NCBI GenBank assembly: GCA_030141605.1
Contig: JAQGDQ010000073.1
Span: 186,001 to 250,000, forward strand
Direction of reading: 5' to 3'
Source of the DNA: Tubiluchus corallicola
Lineage: Eukaryota; Animalia; Priapulida
DNA: 64,000 bases
Of the stretch, positions 1-12,033 are shown in pieces (position 1 is the first letter of the stretch; every line of letters starts with the position of its first letter). A program made the position numbers and the translations under genes. A model generated the notes under the pieces. It was given only the letters and a program-made list of their open reading frames with translations, did not search any database and was not told where the DNA came from.

Positions 1-3000
1 CAGAGACCTCTATCAGATGAAATTGCAATTATCAGTTGTTTTGTTGTCTCACCTTCCGGATGGATTTCTGCTTTTTTGTAAAAATCTGAAAAAACTTTAT
101 GTATTACCAACAGAAGATACACAAGAAAATCTTATTAACCATACAGCGCTATCTCCCTTCATCTACGTACATACTTTTTTAATTAATTAATTTATTGATT
201 AGTTTTATGGATACAAAACTGTGTGAGAATTTATAGAGCCCTGATAAAGATGCTTGGAAGGTGACTTTGCTACAAAAAAGGATCAACGACATTATAAACA
301 TGACACAGTAGTCTGACGATGAGAAAATCTGACTTTAATTAAAAAAGAAAACACCCAAGCTAGGAGAGACATAATAAATAATTTTTGTTTTCTGATGTTG
401 TGATGACAAGACATTGCAGACAAAATCTTTAGACAAAAAAAAACATTTGTCTATTTTGTAGAATTTCAGGCAGTTTTCTTGCCACCTTCAGCCTAGTCTG
501 ATCTAAAAATATTTTTTTGTGTAAACCAGTAGGTGACTACATAGATGCTATCAATTAACGATGCTTCACTGAAGTGAACTGTCATAATTTTCATTAAACT
601 TTTTATGATAGCTATAGGTACCTGCAAGCTCGAGCTTGTTGTATTTATGGATGTTTTTAAAAACTGTATTATTTATCACTTACAAATTATTGCATACTGC
701 AGTCAGCATCAGCTTCAATTGCTGTTACACTAATGTCTTGTGTTTTACTGTCGAACTAAGAAACCACAGACTAGAGAAAGATCTTCAAAAAATGATTAGG
801 ACAGGGTTGTTTTTTACTGCAGAGGTAATAAAAGTTTTACACTGTTTAAAATCACAAAACTGACCTGCAGCACCTAATCCGTAAGGTCTAGCTGGTCGCA
901 GCTCCCTTTCAGCTCGAGCAAACTTTGCTGCACTAACCATCTTCATAGACTTTGTGATCTTTTGAATATTCTTGATCGATTTCAGTCGTATTGAAACTGA
1001 AAAATGTAAAGAGTTTAATATTGCCATAAACAGTCAACAAATAAATTGATGGAATCGATATGATAACAATAACAATTCATTGTGCACTTTTACTGAATCT
1101 GCTAAATATTTGAACACCAAACGGTAAACCTTACTGATATACTAATAAAGCTCAAATGTCATTTTTGTTAGATGCCATGTTATGGTCTTTATTTTTACCT
1201 GTCACATACATTGCAGATATATAGTTGTGTTGTGACATAGCTCCCCTAATATTTCACCATTTTCTACTGAATTATATGTAAGTTTACAGTTTGCTTTATA
1301 ATAATTAGGTTTTGGCTATGCACTCATGACTCGGTTTGCCAGACAAAAGCGAGGAAACTTCGGTCCAAATATGCCGATTGTCTGTATTTACTGGAACTAA
1401 GATAATACACTAGGCACTGTGTATAAGTATACAGTGTACAACCAAAAGTTCGAAAACGTGTCTTTACATAGTTTGTAACATTGTACACTGGTACCAGGTT
1501 CTTAATAGCAGGCGAATTAATGTGGATGCTCAAAATAACACTAGAACTTAGCTCTTTACCAAGTATAATTAGTAATCCCTAACAAGAGAACCAGTCATAC
1601 TGTAACAGAGTAAATACCAAGACCACTCAAGTTTTTCCCTCGTATCGAAAAGCAGATTTTTTTTGGGACATTACTTATGGAAACGCATAGCACTACATTT
1701 TTTAAATAACAGGTCAAAAGGTGCTTGTGTTTTTGCATCAAGACAGCAATGTATGGAAGCAAGGCAAGAGTTGTTGTTTAACTCTTTGATGGCACTTCAA
1801 GTTGACATTTGTATTCACTTAGCTTATATTTAACTTACAGTTATCAATTTGCAACTTTTTAGAACTTTTCCAATTTATTCCATTAGATCAATTACTGAAT
1901 CAACGAAGGTAATACATAGTCTGCAATTTAACAACAATCATATACTCACTGTCTTTTAAAGTAGCCATCCCACGAACTTGAGTGCTGAAATTACATAAAA
2001 TGTTTTAGCAAACTCATACACATTCAGTTGCTTTTCTGAGAAAAATACCAAATATGCTTTTCTGTTCCATCAACATAGTAAGCTAAATTGCTAATTACAC
2101 GACATTTACAATGAACTAGTTTGCTTTTAGTAAGCAAGACAGACTAGCAAATAAACTTATTGGTACGCAGTTAAAGCAAAGCCTTCAGTAATCAGGAGAG
2201 ATTCATTTGTTGCTTTACCTTTATACCAAAGTTTGGTCTGTCCATTATTGGAATACGCTGCTGTCGTATGGTTTTTGGCATACATTACGTACATTGAAAC
2301 AGTTCAGAAACATCGCCTTCGATTGCAGCAGGATTTTTTATTTATCAGCTGTACCTTCTTTACAACATTCTGAATGTTGTTAGTATATTACGGTCATCCA
2401 ATTGTTTCTTCTCTAGATCTTTTTACGTAGGTGAACTTTCTTGTCACTTTATATAATTTTATTTTTTCATAAAATTACTGGCTAATGCAAGAACTAATGT
2501 GCAGAGTTTGTCATCATGTGATCAAATAATGGAACTGCCTTCAGTGCAATGTAACAGCTTCACACAACATTAGCGAATTCAGAAGTGCACTGAGATTGGT
2601 GCATCCAATCCCATCTATAACATATAAAACAATTTGTCCATTGACAAGAGAGATGCATCATTACATGAAATATAATTTTAGTGTGATATTACTAGCAATC
2701 GTGAAATATATACATATGTTTGAAAATTAATTAAAGATCATTATTTCCACAAAATTTATCAAGTTTATACAAGTATTTAGCTTTGTTTACAGTAAGTTGT
2801 GTCATAAAAGAGTTGATATGTTCAACATAGCCAGCATATTTAGTTTTGGGATCTTCTAAGACCGCATGAGTAAGGGTCTGAACAACATTCAAATCACAAA
2901 GCTGACATATTCTATTTTCCTGTCTGGTCCTGCTCCACCTGCCAGTCTCAATTCGTAGGCAGTGATTTCCTACTCTGAATCTTGAAATGATTAGCCTGTA

Positions 3001-5855
3001 ATGTTCGGTAAAAATGCTGTTATCATAAAGTAAGAAGGGTTGGTTTGGTCAGCTCAGGGTTTATACTACAGTATACACCCTGTTTCGAGTCTGGGTCATT
3101 TCTGAACGCAGGAAGTCGTTCTCAGGCATTATCTATATCTTTGTTATCAAAATAACTTCATTTTGCTGCCAGTACTAAAATTCGAAACTCATTGTTTTCA
3201 ATGTTGAACATATTTCATGCATTCTCCATGAGCAATGTTTAAAAGTATACAGAAATGGCTATCAGTGTTATCACGACAATATAATTAAGTTGCAGTGATC
3301 TAACTTTTCCCAAAAGTGGTTTGCTATCACTTTCAATATAAACCATCTCGTTAATAGTATTCTGATTAGTACCTAAAGCAATTTTTAATGCTTTTCTATG
3401 TAAATTCTCTAGTTTAGTAAGAGGAGCACTACTCCAGCTTTCAGCAGAGTACAAAAGTGAGGAAGTAACACAAGCATGTAAAACTTTCATCTTTACATCA
3501 AAAGCATTACAGTGCCGTGTCACAAAGTTGGCAAATCTAACATTGACATTAAATGCTTTCATATCCCATTGCGCTTTAATATCTTCACAGTAATTACCTT
3601 TATCCGTAAAGACGATGCCTAAATATACTTGCTCATCTTTGTATTTCAAAACCCCCTTATTTAGCTGAACAAAACGCATATCATCTTCATTATCCTTGCA
3701 TATTGCGAAGAAGCTAGATTTGCCAGCATTTAGTATCAAGCCGTTGTCACAAAAATAATTTTCAGCAGCTTTAGACTTGTGCTCTATCAGTACTTAAGAA
3801 GGCTGTATCATCTGCACGAACAAGACAATTCAGATCATGTAAAAGCATTTCTGTATTCAGAGTAGAGTAAACATCATCGTCAACTTAATTTAGTTCATGT
3901 TTATTGCAAAAATACTTCAAATGCAAAGTACACTGGCAATTCTATATCCAATAATAATATTAATTAAAAAGTTTGCGAAAGTAAAAACGAAGTTGCAGCA
4001 CACATAATTTTAAATATATAAGTCATAGTACAGTGGCCGCCGCTTATTGTGGACACCTCGGGCCAGCAGTGTATGTCCATATTAAGCGGCTGTCCATATT
4101 AAGCGAAGTGACCCATGAAGACCCTTCCCCTTCATTAAAAAAGGCAAAAAACTGTCTGTATCAACTCGTCTCCTGTTTTATTGAAAAAAAGAAGTCAGAC
4201 GAGTTTGTTTGGCAGGAAACTTTTCTCTCAAGCTTGAACGGAAGGAAGTTATCACAGTTTCGAAGCTCTCAAGGCCACGGCAAACGGCGAACTGACTGAT
4301 GCAATGACTCACACAGGCAGCAGAGCGGGAAGCTCTTTTCAATCACGCGCGCAGGCCGTGGTTGGCACGGCTGGTCACGTGCCAAGAATGTTCGCTGTCC
4401 ATATTAAGCGGCGGTTGTCCATATTAACCGGCGGATTTTATTAGGGGAAAATTCCGTCCCTCGCGAGTTGTCCACAATAACCGTGTCCATAATAAGCGGC
4501 GGCCACTGTATCACATATTGTAGACTATTAAAGTTTGGCTCTCCAAATTATCTTTATCTTTTTGAGTTAGCTATATATACTTCTATATATATAAATTACA
4601 CATCAATAGAAAATTAATTAAAAATACAGGCAAAAACGAAACAGCAGTATGCTTATAAGTGTATAAATTACATATCTATAGATACATATTATACCGTAAC
4701 TATACAAATCATAATGTAGAATCATCTATGTATATTATTACCATAAGTAAACCCTGCATGGTAGTTTAGCTCACTATTTGATTTAAATTATGCTTTCTTG
4801 GTTAATTATGCATACAATCTAAAAAGAACATGAACTGAAAACACAAGTAAAAATAAAGCTGTAACATACACAAAATTTAATACAAGAATATAAAAATGTA
4901 AATTACATTTATACAACAAACACACAAATCATAATAGGAGCAATATAGCTTATTTCAGAAAATGTAGTTGAGGCAACAAACATTGAGCAATTTAAGACAT
5001 GTCTTGACAAACACTGGCAGCAGAATCTATTAAAACTCATAGATCCCATGTTAACATAATGGGAACAAAATGTCGTGAAATCCCTCTATCTGCGATAGTG
5101 CCACTATATTTAACATCTCAGTTACAGCAAGTTTAGTATAGTGGAGGAGCAAATAGCACACAGGTAAGTAATACTATTACAATTAGTTAGTAATACCCCA
5201 CCTCTGGATTAACCACCCTCCCTAAACAAATATATTATTATCAATCAATATTTATGTAACTGAAAATAAAACTGAAGAGTTTCACTTAACACAGAATCAT
5301 AGCAACAGAAAACGACATATCAAGACAGAAGATAATGGCATTATCAGCTTACTCGAAACTCACAAAAGATTTTAAAATAGGAAGATTTCTTTGGAAACAA
5401 AAAGTAGAATACTCTCAGCCTTAGTTGAAACTGTATTTCTGTATAACTTTGAGCTCTGGACATTAAAAGCAAATCATAGGGCTGAAATCGATGCGTTTCA
5501 CAGGCGAAATTACAGAAACATTTTGGGTATCAGATGGCCAGAGAAAATCTCAAAGATCTAGTATAAGAAAAATAAAAAGACGCCGTTTAAGATAGCTCTT
5601 CAACAAGCCATAGAACCAGGTAAAAAACCTGCAGGAGGACAAATGTTAACATATTTAGATTTTGCACAGAAATATTTAAACACCTAAGCATTGATCTTTA
5701 GAAATAAATGCACTTGGGGCACTGCGGCGAGCAGGGAGTCCTGGCATAGAGAGATGAACAGAATCATGTCCCTGGACGTACAATTCATTGGATGATATGA
5801 AACGATTTACTCACCATTGCGGAACAAATATAGCCAGCCCTACGCGGTATAGCAT
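1..5855 (-). CDS. ATP5F1C: Mitochondrial ATP synthase F1 subunit gamma, 5' part (continues beyond window start)
   Basis: Exons 5855-5815, 1984-1950, 996-865 and 85-<1 have GT-AG boundaries and consistent phases. They translate to [65 protein letters not shown]...[14 protein letters not shown], which contains a presequence and the classic gamma N-terminal and SSDRGLC motifs. Confidence 0.97.
2200..2330 (+). mobile_element. Decayed CR1/L2-type LINE ORF2 fragment
   Basis: Translates roughly to [17 protein letters not shown], matching the post-RT 'Y.sLVRP.LEY...VW' motif. Lies in ATP5F1C intron 1. Confidence 0.55.
2700..3850 (-). mobile_element. Degenerate 3' half of a LINE related to the 8.2-12.2 kb element
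   Basis: A remnant RT motif (..ADDT) lies near 3805-3830. ORF 3239-3739 has YLG and [12 protein letters not shown]-terminal [30 protein letters not shown] motif lies at about 2890-2985. Frameshifted; boundaries approximate. Confidence 0.8.
4031..4508. mobile_element. pogo/Tigger-type (Tc1/mariner) MITE, 478 bp
   Basis: 26-bp TIRs CAGTGGCCGCCGCTTATT(G/A)TGGACAC differ by one mismatch, with TA on both sides. About six TGTCCATATTAAGCG-like subterminal repeats (the last inside the right TIR). Confidence 0.92.
4945..5050 (+). mobile_element. CR1-type LINE 3' end remnant
   Basis: Encodes [18 protein letters not shown], a typical CR1 ORF2 C-terminus. Confidence 0.55.
5340..5800 (+). mobile_element. 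Decayed RTE-type LINE 3' fragment
   Basis: Encodes [17 protein letters not shown]...[22 protein letters not shown], interrupted by frameshifts. Ends just before the ATP5F1C exon 1 donor. Confidence 0.65.
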
Positions 5856-6949
5856 GATTGTAGAGCTAAGCAGATGTGGGCTGGAAGAAATAAAACCTAA
5901 CTATCTGACATTACAGGTCACACTACGCTGCCCGGCGGTGTACTGTACCCAATGCACAAAAGTCTAGAAGCTGCAAATACACTAACTATTCAATTCGATT
6001 CAGTTTGAGTTTATTTATTAAGAATTGCTAAACATAGGCAAATTTATTGAAATAAATAATAATTTTATTATGACAAGTAATAGACAGTAGTAATACAATA
6101 ATAACTGTGTATATGACAGCAATGCACAACTACCACATACTATAACTGACAATGCCAATACAACGATTATAAATGTACACAAAATTTCGTGCAACAGATT
6201 ACAGGCACTCTCTGATGTGTCCACTGATAAACTATGCACAGATTATTAAAGTAGCTTAATATGTAGCAAGTACATGAAATCACAGTATAAATGCTCATAG
6301 TATTCTGCATTGCATCGCGAGCCTAAATATGGTATGTGGAATATTATTTCCCAGCTATAATAGTTTAATATATATATATTAAAGAGGAAATAATGAAAAT
6401 ATGGTTATGATCTTTATCAGTACTGGTTAAGATAAGCTGTAATTCTCCATACACCATGAGTACATGTATAGGAACACATGTAATAAAATTTGAAGCAAAT
6501 TTTGCGAAAATCCATTGGTGTTGGTGAATACATTCCTGAAAAGTTAATTCTAAATTTTAAGTAATGAATAATTTAACGCAACTTTGTAATTTTGGTTTGC
6601 TGTCATGAACCAAGTCAACCAATGTTTTTGTACTTTTTGTTTGACAGACGGAGATGAAATAAATGTCATTTTATTTTTTATCTCATCTCATCTCATTTTC
6701 TTGCCTCACCCACTTCACTTTATCGTGTCTTACAACAGGCGCAGTACATCTTACAGGGAAAAGTTGGTTAAACATTTTATATAGGTCCTTTTTAAATCAA
6801 GAATAATCATGGCAAATGTCTTACTTCGGATCCAAAGTGATAGGCAGAGATTCTTTAATATTTTTTTGTATCTGTGTTTATTATGAGAGATATGAATAAT
6901 ATTCCAGCAGTTCACGAATTTTTTCATTAGTTTGTTCATGATGCAATAT

Positions 6950-7300
6950 TTACTTCACCACAAGTATCAGAAGAAACGGTTGTTATAATAAGCTTTGTAA
7001 GCTTAAACTCACTCAGGAAAATGCCTGGTCCTGATGACTTTGGTACTAGATTATTAATCGAACTTGCAGACTATTTGTGTAAGCCATTCACTTTAGTATA
7101 CAATCAAAGTTTGATAGTTCACTAATAACCAAAATACCTCATAGTTGTAAGGAAGCCAATGTAATACCTAGCTGTTTTCAAGAGAGGTAAGCATAGTGAT
7201 CATGGTAATCATTGCACTTTTTAACTTCATTATAGTATGCAGAGTATTGGAACTAATCTATTTTACAGATTATATCATTGATCATTTAGAAAAAATAATT
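6950..7300 (+). mobile_element. Decayed CR1-type RT N-terminal fragment
   Basis: Remnants KMPGPDDFGTRLLIELADYLCKPFT and EANVIP..FKRG. Confidence 0.6.
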
Positions 7301-8272
7301 TACTATATTTATATATGAGACAAATATATTTGCACATTCTAGTATAAATTTTAAAGAATGTGTTAAATTAATTAGGTTCGAATAATTTCGATCTATAATT
7401 TTAAGTTTGAATCGAATCGAAAACAAATCAAATTCGAACTAAAAAAAACTCGTTTGAACTTGAACATTTGATGGTCACCACTACTCCACTAGTGCTTGCT
7501 AATCATAGCAGCATAATAATATAATAGTTGGGTTAGAATGAAATAAAAGAGAAAAGGTGCCATGAGAACCATGTAGCCAGTTGGTCATCAACTCAGTTTT
7601 ACCCCTATGTGTGTTGCAATGCTGAGTCCCAGACTAATATAATAATTAATAATAATTTATTTTTTAGGAGCAATAAGCTGTGGCTCGTCACTCGTTACAA
7701 TTAGGCGTAAATTTAGAAAATTAAAATGCAAATTTAAAATGCAAGTAAAAATGCTATTAACACAGGTTAAAAACAGAAAAGCAAATATTTCAAAAACAGT
7801 AATAGGTTAGCTGTACACTCGAAAATTATTTAAATAGATTGAAAAAAATGTAATATGTAACAGCAATTAAAGATAATTAAGTGAAATTAGCTAGATTTGC
7901 TTGTGATTGTAAGTCTGTAATAAAAAAAATAATATGTAATTATTTTGGGATACTGTACCTGGTAGCTTCACAGCTAGTCGTGTTTTCAATGCTCCCAGTT
8001 TTTGCATAATTTTAAAGTGTAATTCAACTGACAAAGTATCAAAAAGTATTCATTATGGTGAATCAATGTGTGGAGAAAACAATTGTGATACTTAAAATCT
8101 TATCAGACTATTAATTATTGTGATATTAGTGATCAACAATTTTCTGATATATCAGACTACCGTGTGTAGTTCGACAGGAGCAACACGGTTGCAGAGTTGT
8201 TTGGACAAGGTAATTAACTAGAGCACAAAGGCCTTTAATAGGCCGAATAGCATACTATTACAGACATACAGA

Positions 8273-8980
8273 ATGTCTACACCCACGACTTTAGCTGAAT
8301 TACGCGCTCTGTCGAAGACACAGATGAACACAATTAACAAATCAACAATAATCGATATTTTAATGAACAGCCCTGATGACAGTAATGGTGCGATTTTGGC
8401 TCGGATTGACAAACTGGAATCTAAATTGATTGACAAAATCAATGAGAAAGAGGAAGCTTTGCAGAACGAAATTGATGCCCTTAGGTCTACAGTTAATAAT
8501 CAGCAAAGGTTCCTTGAACAATTAGATAGTCGGTTACGCAGCCAGAACCTTGTTTTGATGGGTGTCCCCGAAACGGAAAACATTGGAACATATAGTGCTG
8601 ACTCAGAGAAGGTGAATGCCGTGTTTGATATGCTGGATGAAACCCCTGGGGATTACACTTTCAAGAGGCTTGGAGCGGAAACTGTCGGTCGTAACCGGCC
8701 CATACTGGTTACGCTTGACACAAATGATCGTCGTGAGAAGCTTATGAAGAAAGCTCCTAAGCTTAATGGTAGTGCTGATCCCAAATTGAAAGCTATTCGA
8801 CTCAAACGCGATTCCCATCCCGCAATCAGAAAGGAGTGGAAACGCTTGTTTGATGCCGAAAAGGCTGAACGAGATAAGGCTGAAAATGCTGGATGTCACA
8901 TAGTATTTGATAAGAAAAAACGACAAATACTGCGAAACGGTAGCGTCATCGATAGTTGGAGAACCCTTTCTTTTTTATGA
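8273..8980 (+). CDS. LINE ORF1 protein (coiled coil + RRM-like, L1-ORF1-type), 235 aa
   Basis: Uninterrupted ORF with a heptad-rich segment followed by RSQNLVLMGVPE and RLG...RPILVTL motifs. Confidence 0.85.
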   Translation: MSTPTTLAELRALSKTQMNTINKSTIIDILMNSPDDSNGAILARIDKLESKLIDKINEKEEALQNEIDALRSTVNNQQRFLEQLDSRLRSQNLVLMGVPETENIGTYSADSEKVNAVFDMLDETPGDYTFKRLGAETVGRNRPILVTLDTNDRREKLMKKAPKLNGSADPKLKAIRLKRDSHPAIRKEWKRLFDAEKAERDKAENAGCHIVFDKKKRQILRNGSVIDSWRTLSFL

Positions 8981-11900
8981 GCAACAGAGATAGTCGAACT
9001 GAATTTAACATTATTCATTGGAATATCAACGCAGTCAAAAATAAATTAGAATCTGATGTGGTTTTGGAAATGTTGCGTGATGCAGATCTTGTATTTTTGA
9101 ATGAAATTAAGACGCCTCTACAATTCAATGCACCCGGCTTTAAATCTTATATGACTAATATGAAAGCTGGTCATAGAGGTGGATGCGCTATTTTGATTTC
9201 AAATTTCTGGACTAGTTACATCACCTCAGTGGATATTAGATCTGACTTTATAAGTGTAAAGTTTAGCATTATTCCAAATACAATTTTTGTGTGCGTGTAT
9301 ATTCCATCTGCTGATTCTCCGTATTACAATCTTACCAATTTCGCTTACATCAACGAACTTTTAAAACTGAATCCGAAGGATGATGTTGTACTTATCGGTG
9401 ACTTAAATTGTAGATTTGGTCCCACATCGAACAGTTTTCTCGTGAACTTACCTTGTGATGATATATACAGCTATCTCCAATCTGAGGATAATATAGCTTC
9501 TGCAAATGAAAACGCTAAGACTGCTGTAAAGTCGTTTAACCCCCTCGTGCTTGTGAACAATTTAAAGACTAGTACGAAAGCCTTTAAAGTTGGCCTCACA
9601 TATAGAAAGAAACAAACTTGGATTTCAGAATTAGATACGTGCTTCGTCACTGCCAGACTCGTTAAGAGCATTATTTCATTGTCTAGTGATCACCGTCTTA
9701 ATATGCCGTCGAATCACGCACCGATTTCAATCAAGTTTGAGTTGTCAAAGTTAGCACCCAGCGCCTTAGGCGTGGATTTGATCAAACGATCGGAAGACCT
9801 CGGAAAGCATGCAGCTGAGGAAATCAACATCAAGCCTCCTGTTCTACATAAGCAAATCCGAACTGGTAATTTGGACTGCAGAAAATTCAACTTCGAAATG
9901 AGAAATATCGATCCTCCAACTGATGTCGATGATATGAACTCTAGCGTTGAGAATCTAAATTCTCTCATTAGGAACATTCTAAAGAATTGTCGTATCGAAC
10001 CGAATGATACCCCAGACCACCAGGCTATACCAGATAGATGGAATAACCTGCTCGAAAACAATGACCCCCAAGGAATTTAGAAAGCCATCAACTGGAATGG
10101 TGACCTTAGTTCTGAAAAGAATATTGAAGCTCCGTCTGATGAAGACTTTAAGACCCATTTCGAGGACTTGCTGAACCCGGATAGAATCGATTCGCTGGAT
10201 CTGTTGTCACAGTGTGCGGGTCCTTCAATTCCAGTTACCGATAATTTGATATCCTTTGATGAGATAGAAGCTGCTGTAATGTCATGCGATAATAAAAGTA
10301 GTGGAGGTCCATCTGGTATTTCTGGTGGTATTTTAAAGTTTTTGCCAGAGTGTTGGTTATCCTACCTGTGCTTGCTGTTCAATTTTATATTTGTATCTCG
10401 AACTTTCCCACGTTCATGGTGCTTAAACAGACTTGTGACTATTTTCAAGAAAGGTAGTCGAATGTCTTGTGATAATTACAGAGGAATTACTATAATGGAC
10501 TCAATTGCCAAGGTTTATGATAGGATCCTGTGTAGACGCCTTAATATGTGGTTTTCACCCGACAGGGAACAAGCAGGTGCTCAGAAAGGTCGAAGTTGCA
10601 CCGAATGGATCGTTACTCTCAGATTATTGATGGATTATGCCCTATTTCGGAAAGTTAAACTGTTTGTGCTGTTCGTTGACTTTTCCAAGGCATATGATCG
10701 TGTCCCCAGGCACGGTCTCATAGTCTTGCTTAAAGCTCTTGGATGCGGTATCATTATGCTTTGTGCAGTTGCTGCCTTGTACAGTAATACACAATTAGTA
10801 TTAGGAGCAGCTATAATAAGTGTAACCTTAGGTGTTAAACAAGGATCCTCTTCCTCGTGTTTTCTGTTCACACTCTACGTTAATAAACTTATAAGAAACC
10901 TCAAGGAAAAGTGCAGACCAGACGGTTTTCTAGGGATGTTTCACTGTTTGTTATTGATGGATGATACTGTTATCCTATCGACGACCAGAGAAGGACTTCT
11001 GGAAAAGATAGGCATCCTTGAAGAATTTTGTCGTGAGTCAGGAATGGTAATTAACGAATCTAAAACCAAATTTATGGTTATTAACGGTAACGAAAGGGAT
11101 AAAAGGGTTATTATCCGCGAGAACATAGTAATTAGGATATGTGAGTATTACGTTTATCTCGGATCTGTGTTCAGTGCTTCAGGAAAGTTACAGCCCTCAC
11201 TGGAAAAACATTGCGAAGAAAAGTTTACCCATGTTCTTAAATATGTATCATTTGTGAACAAAAACTCATTATTCCCATTCTGGGTTAAGAAAAAAGTGAT
11301 GGACGCGGCCCTGCTATCATCTATTTTCTACAGCTGTGAATCTTGGTTGACTGGCAATCTTAAACCGATAAATGTGATGTACAATTCTGTGATTAAAGCA
11401 TTGCTTGGCGTCAGGAAGACAACCGCTAATGACTTATGTTTAGTCGAGCTAGGATTACCTTCTGCCAAAGCGTACGTTCAAAACGTGCAATCAAAGTTCT
11501 TTAGACGGATAATCGAATCGAGGGCCAACGAGCCCGACGACCCATTTTCAATAGTATGGAATTTGTGCTCAGAAGCGAACACACCATGTGTACAATATGT
11601 GAAAGCTATCCTTCGTAAAACGGATATTATCTCTGACGACCTCGTGAACACAAAACAACATATCAGGGATTCCGAGAGAACTAAACTGTGCACCTATCTC
11701 TATCTGAATCCCGAACTATCTGGCAGTGCAATGTATAGCGTTAAAGTAAATGAGCTCCATAGGATTAAAACATCTCGGTTACGCCTCTCCTCACATAACC
11801 TAGCTATTGAGACGGGAAGATGGGCAAGGATAAAAAGAGAGGACAGGCTATGCTCCTGTTCTGACTTAAACATTCAAACAGAAGAGCATGTTATCTGTTT

Positions 11901-12033
11901 TTGTCCACTTACTAATCACCTTCGTGAAGATAACACTGAACTGAGCTTCAACGTTTTGCATGAATTTTTCAATGGAAACCCAAACTCCTATTGTGAATTT
12001 GTAAATAACTGTTTAGCGATTTTTGGACAGTAA
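8977..12033 (+). pseudogene. LINE ORF2 (endonuclease-reverse transcriptase, 1018 codons) with one in-frame TAG at 10078-10080
   Basis: ORFs 8956-10080 and 10168-12033 share a frame, and the sequence between them is open. APE motifs WNIN, NEIK, GDLN and SNH; RT motifs NYRGI, FVDFSKAYD, GVKQG, LMDD and YLG. Confidence 0.9.

Noticed and set aside
8603-11693. Antisense ORFs within the LINE and the many 60-115 aa intronic ORFs elsewhere
   Set aside because: They are shadow frames or low-complexity AT-rich ORFs with no recognisable motifs.
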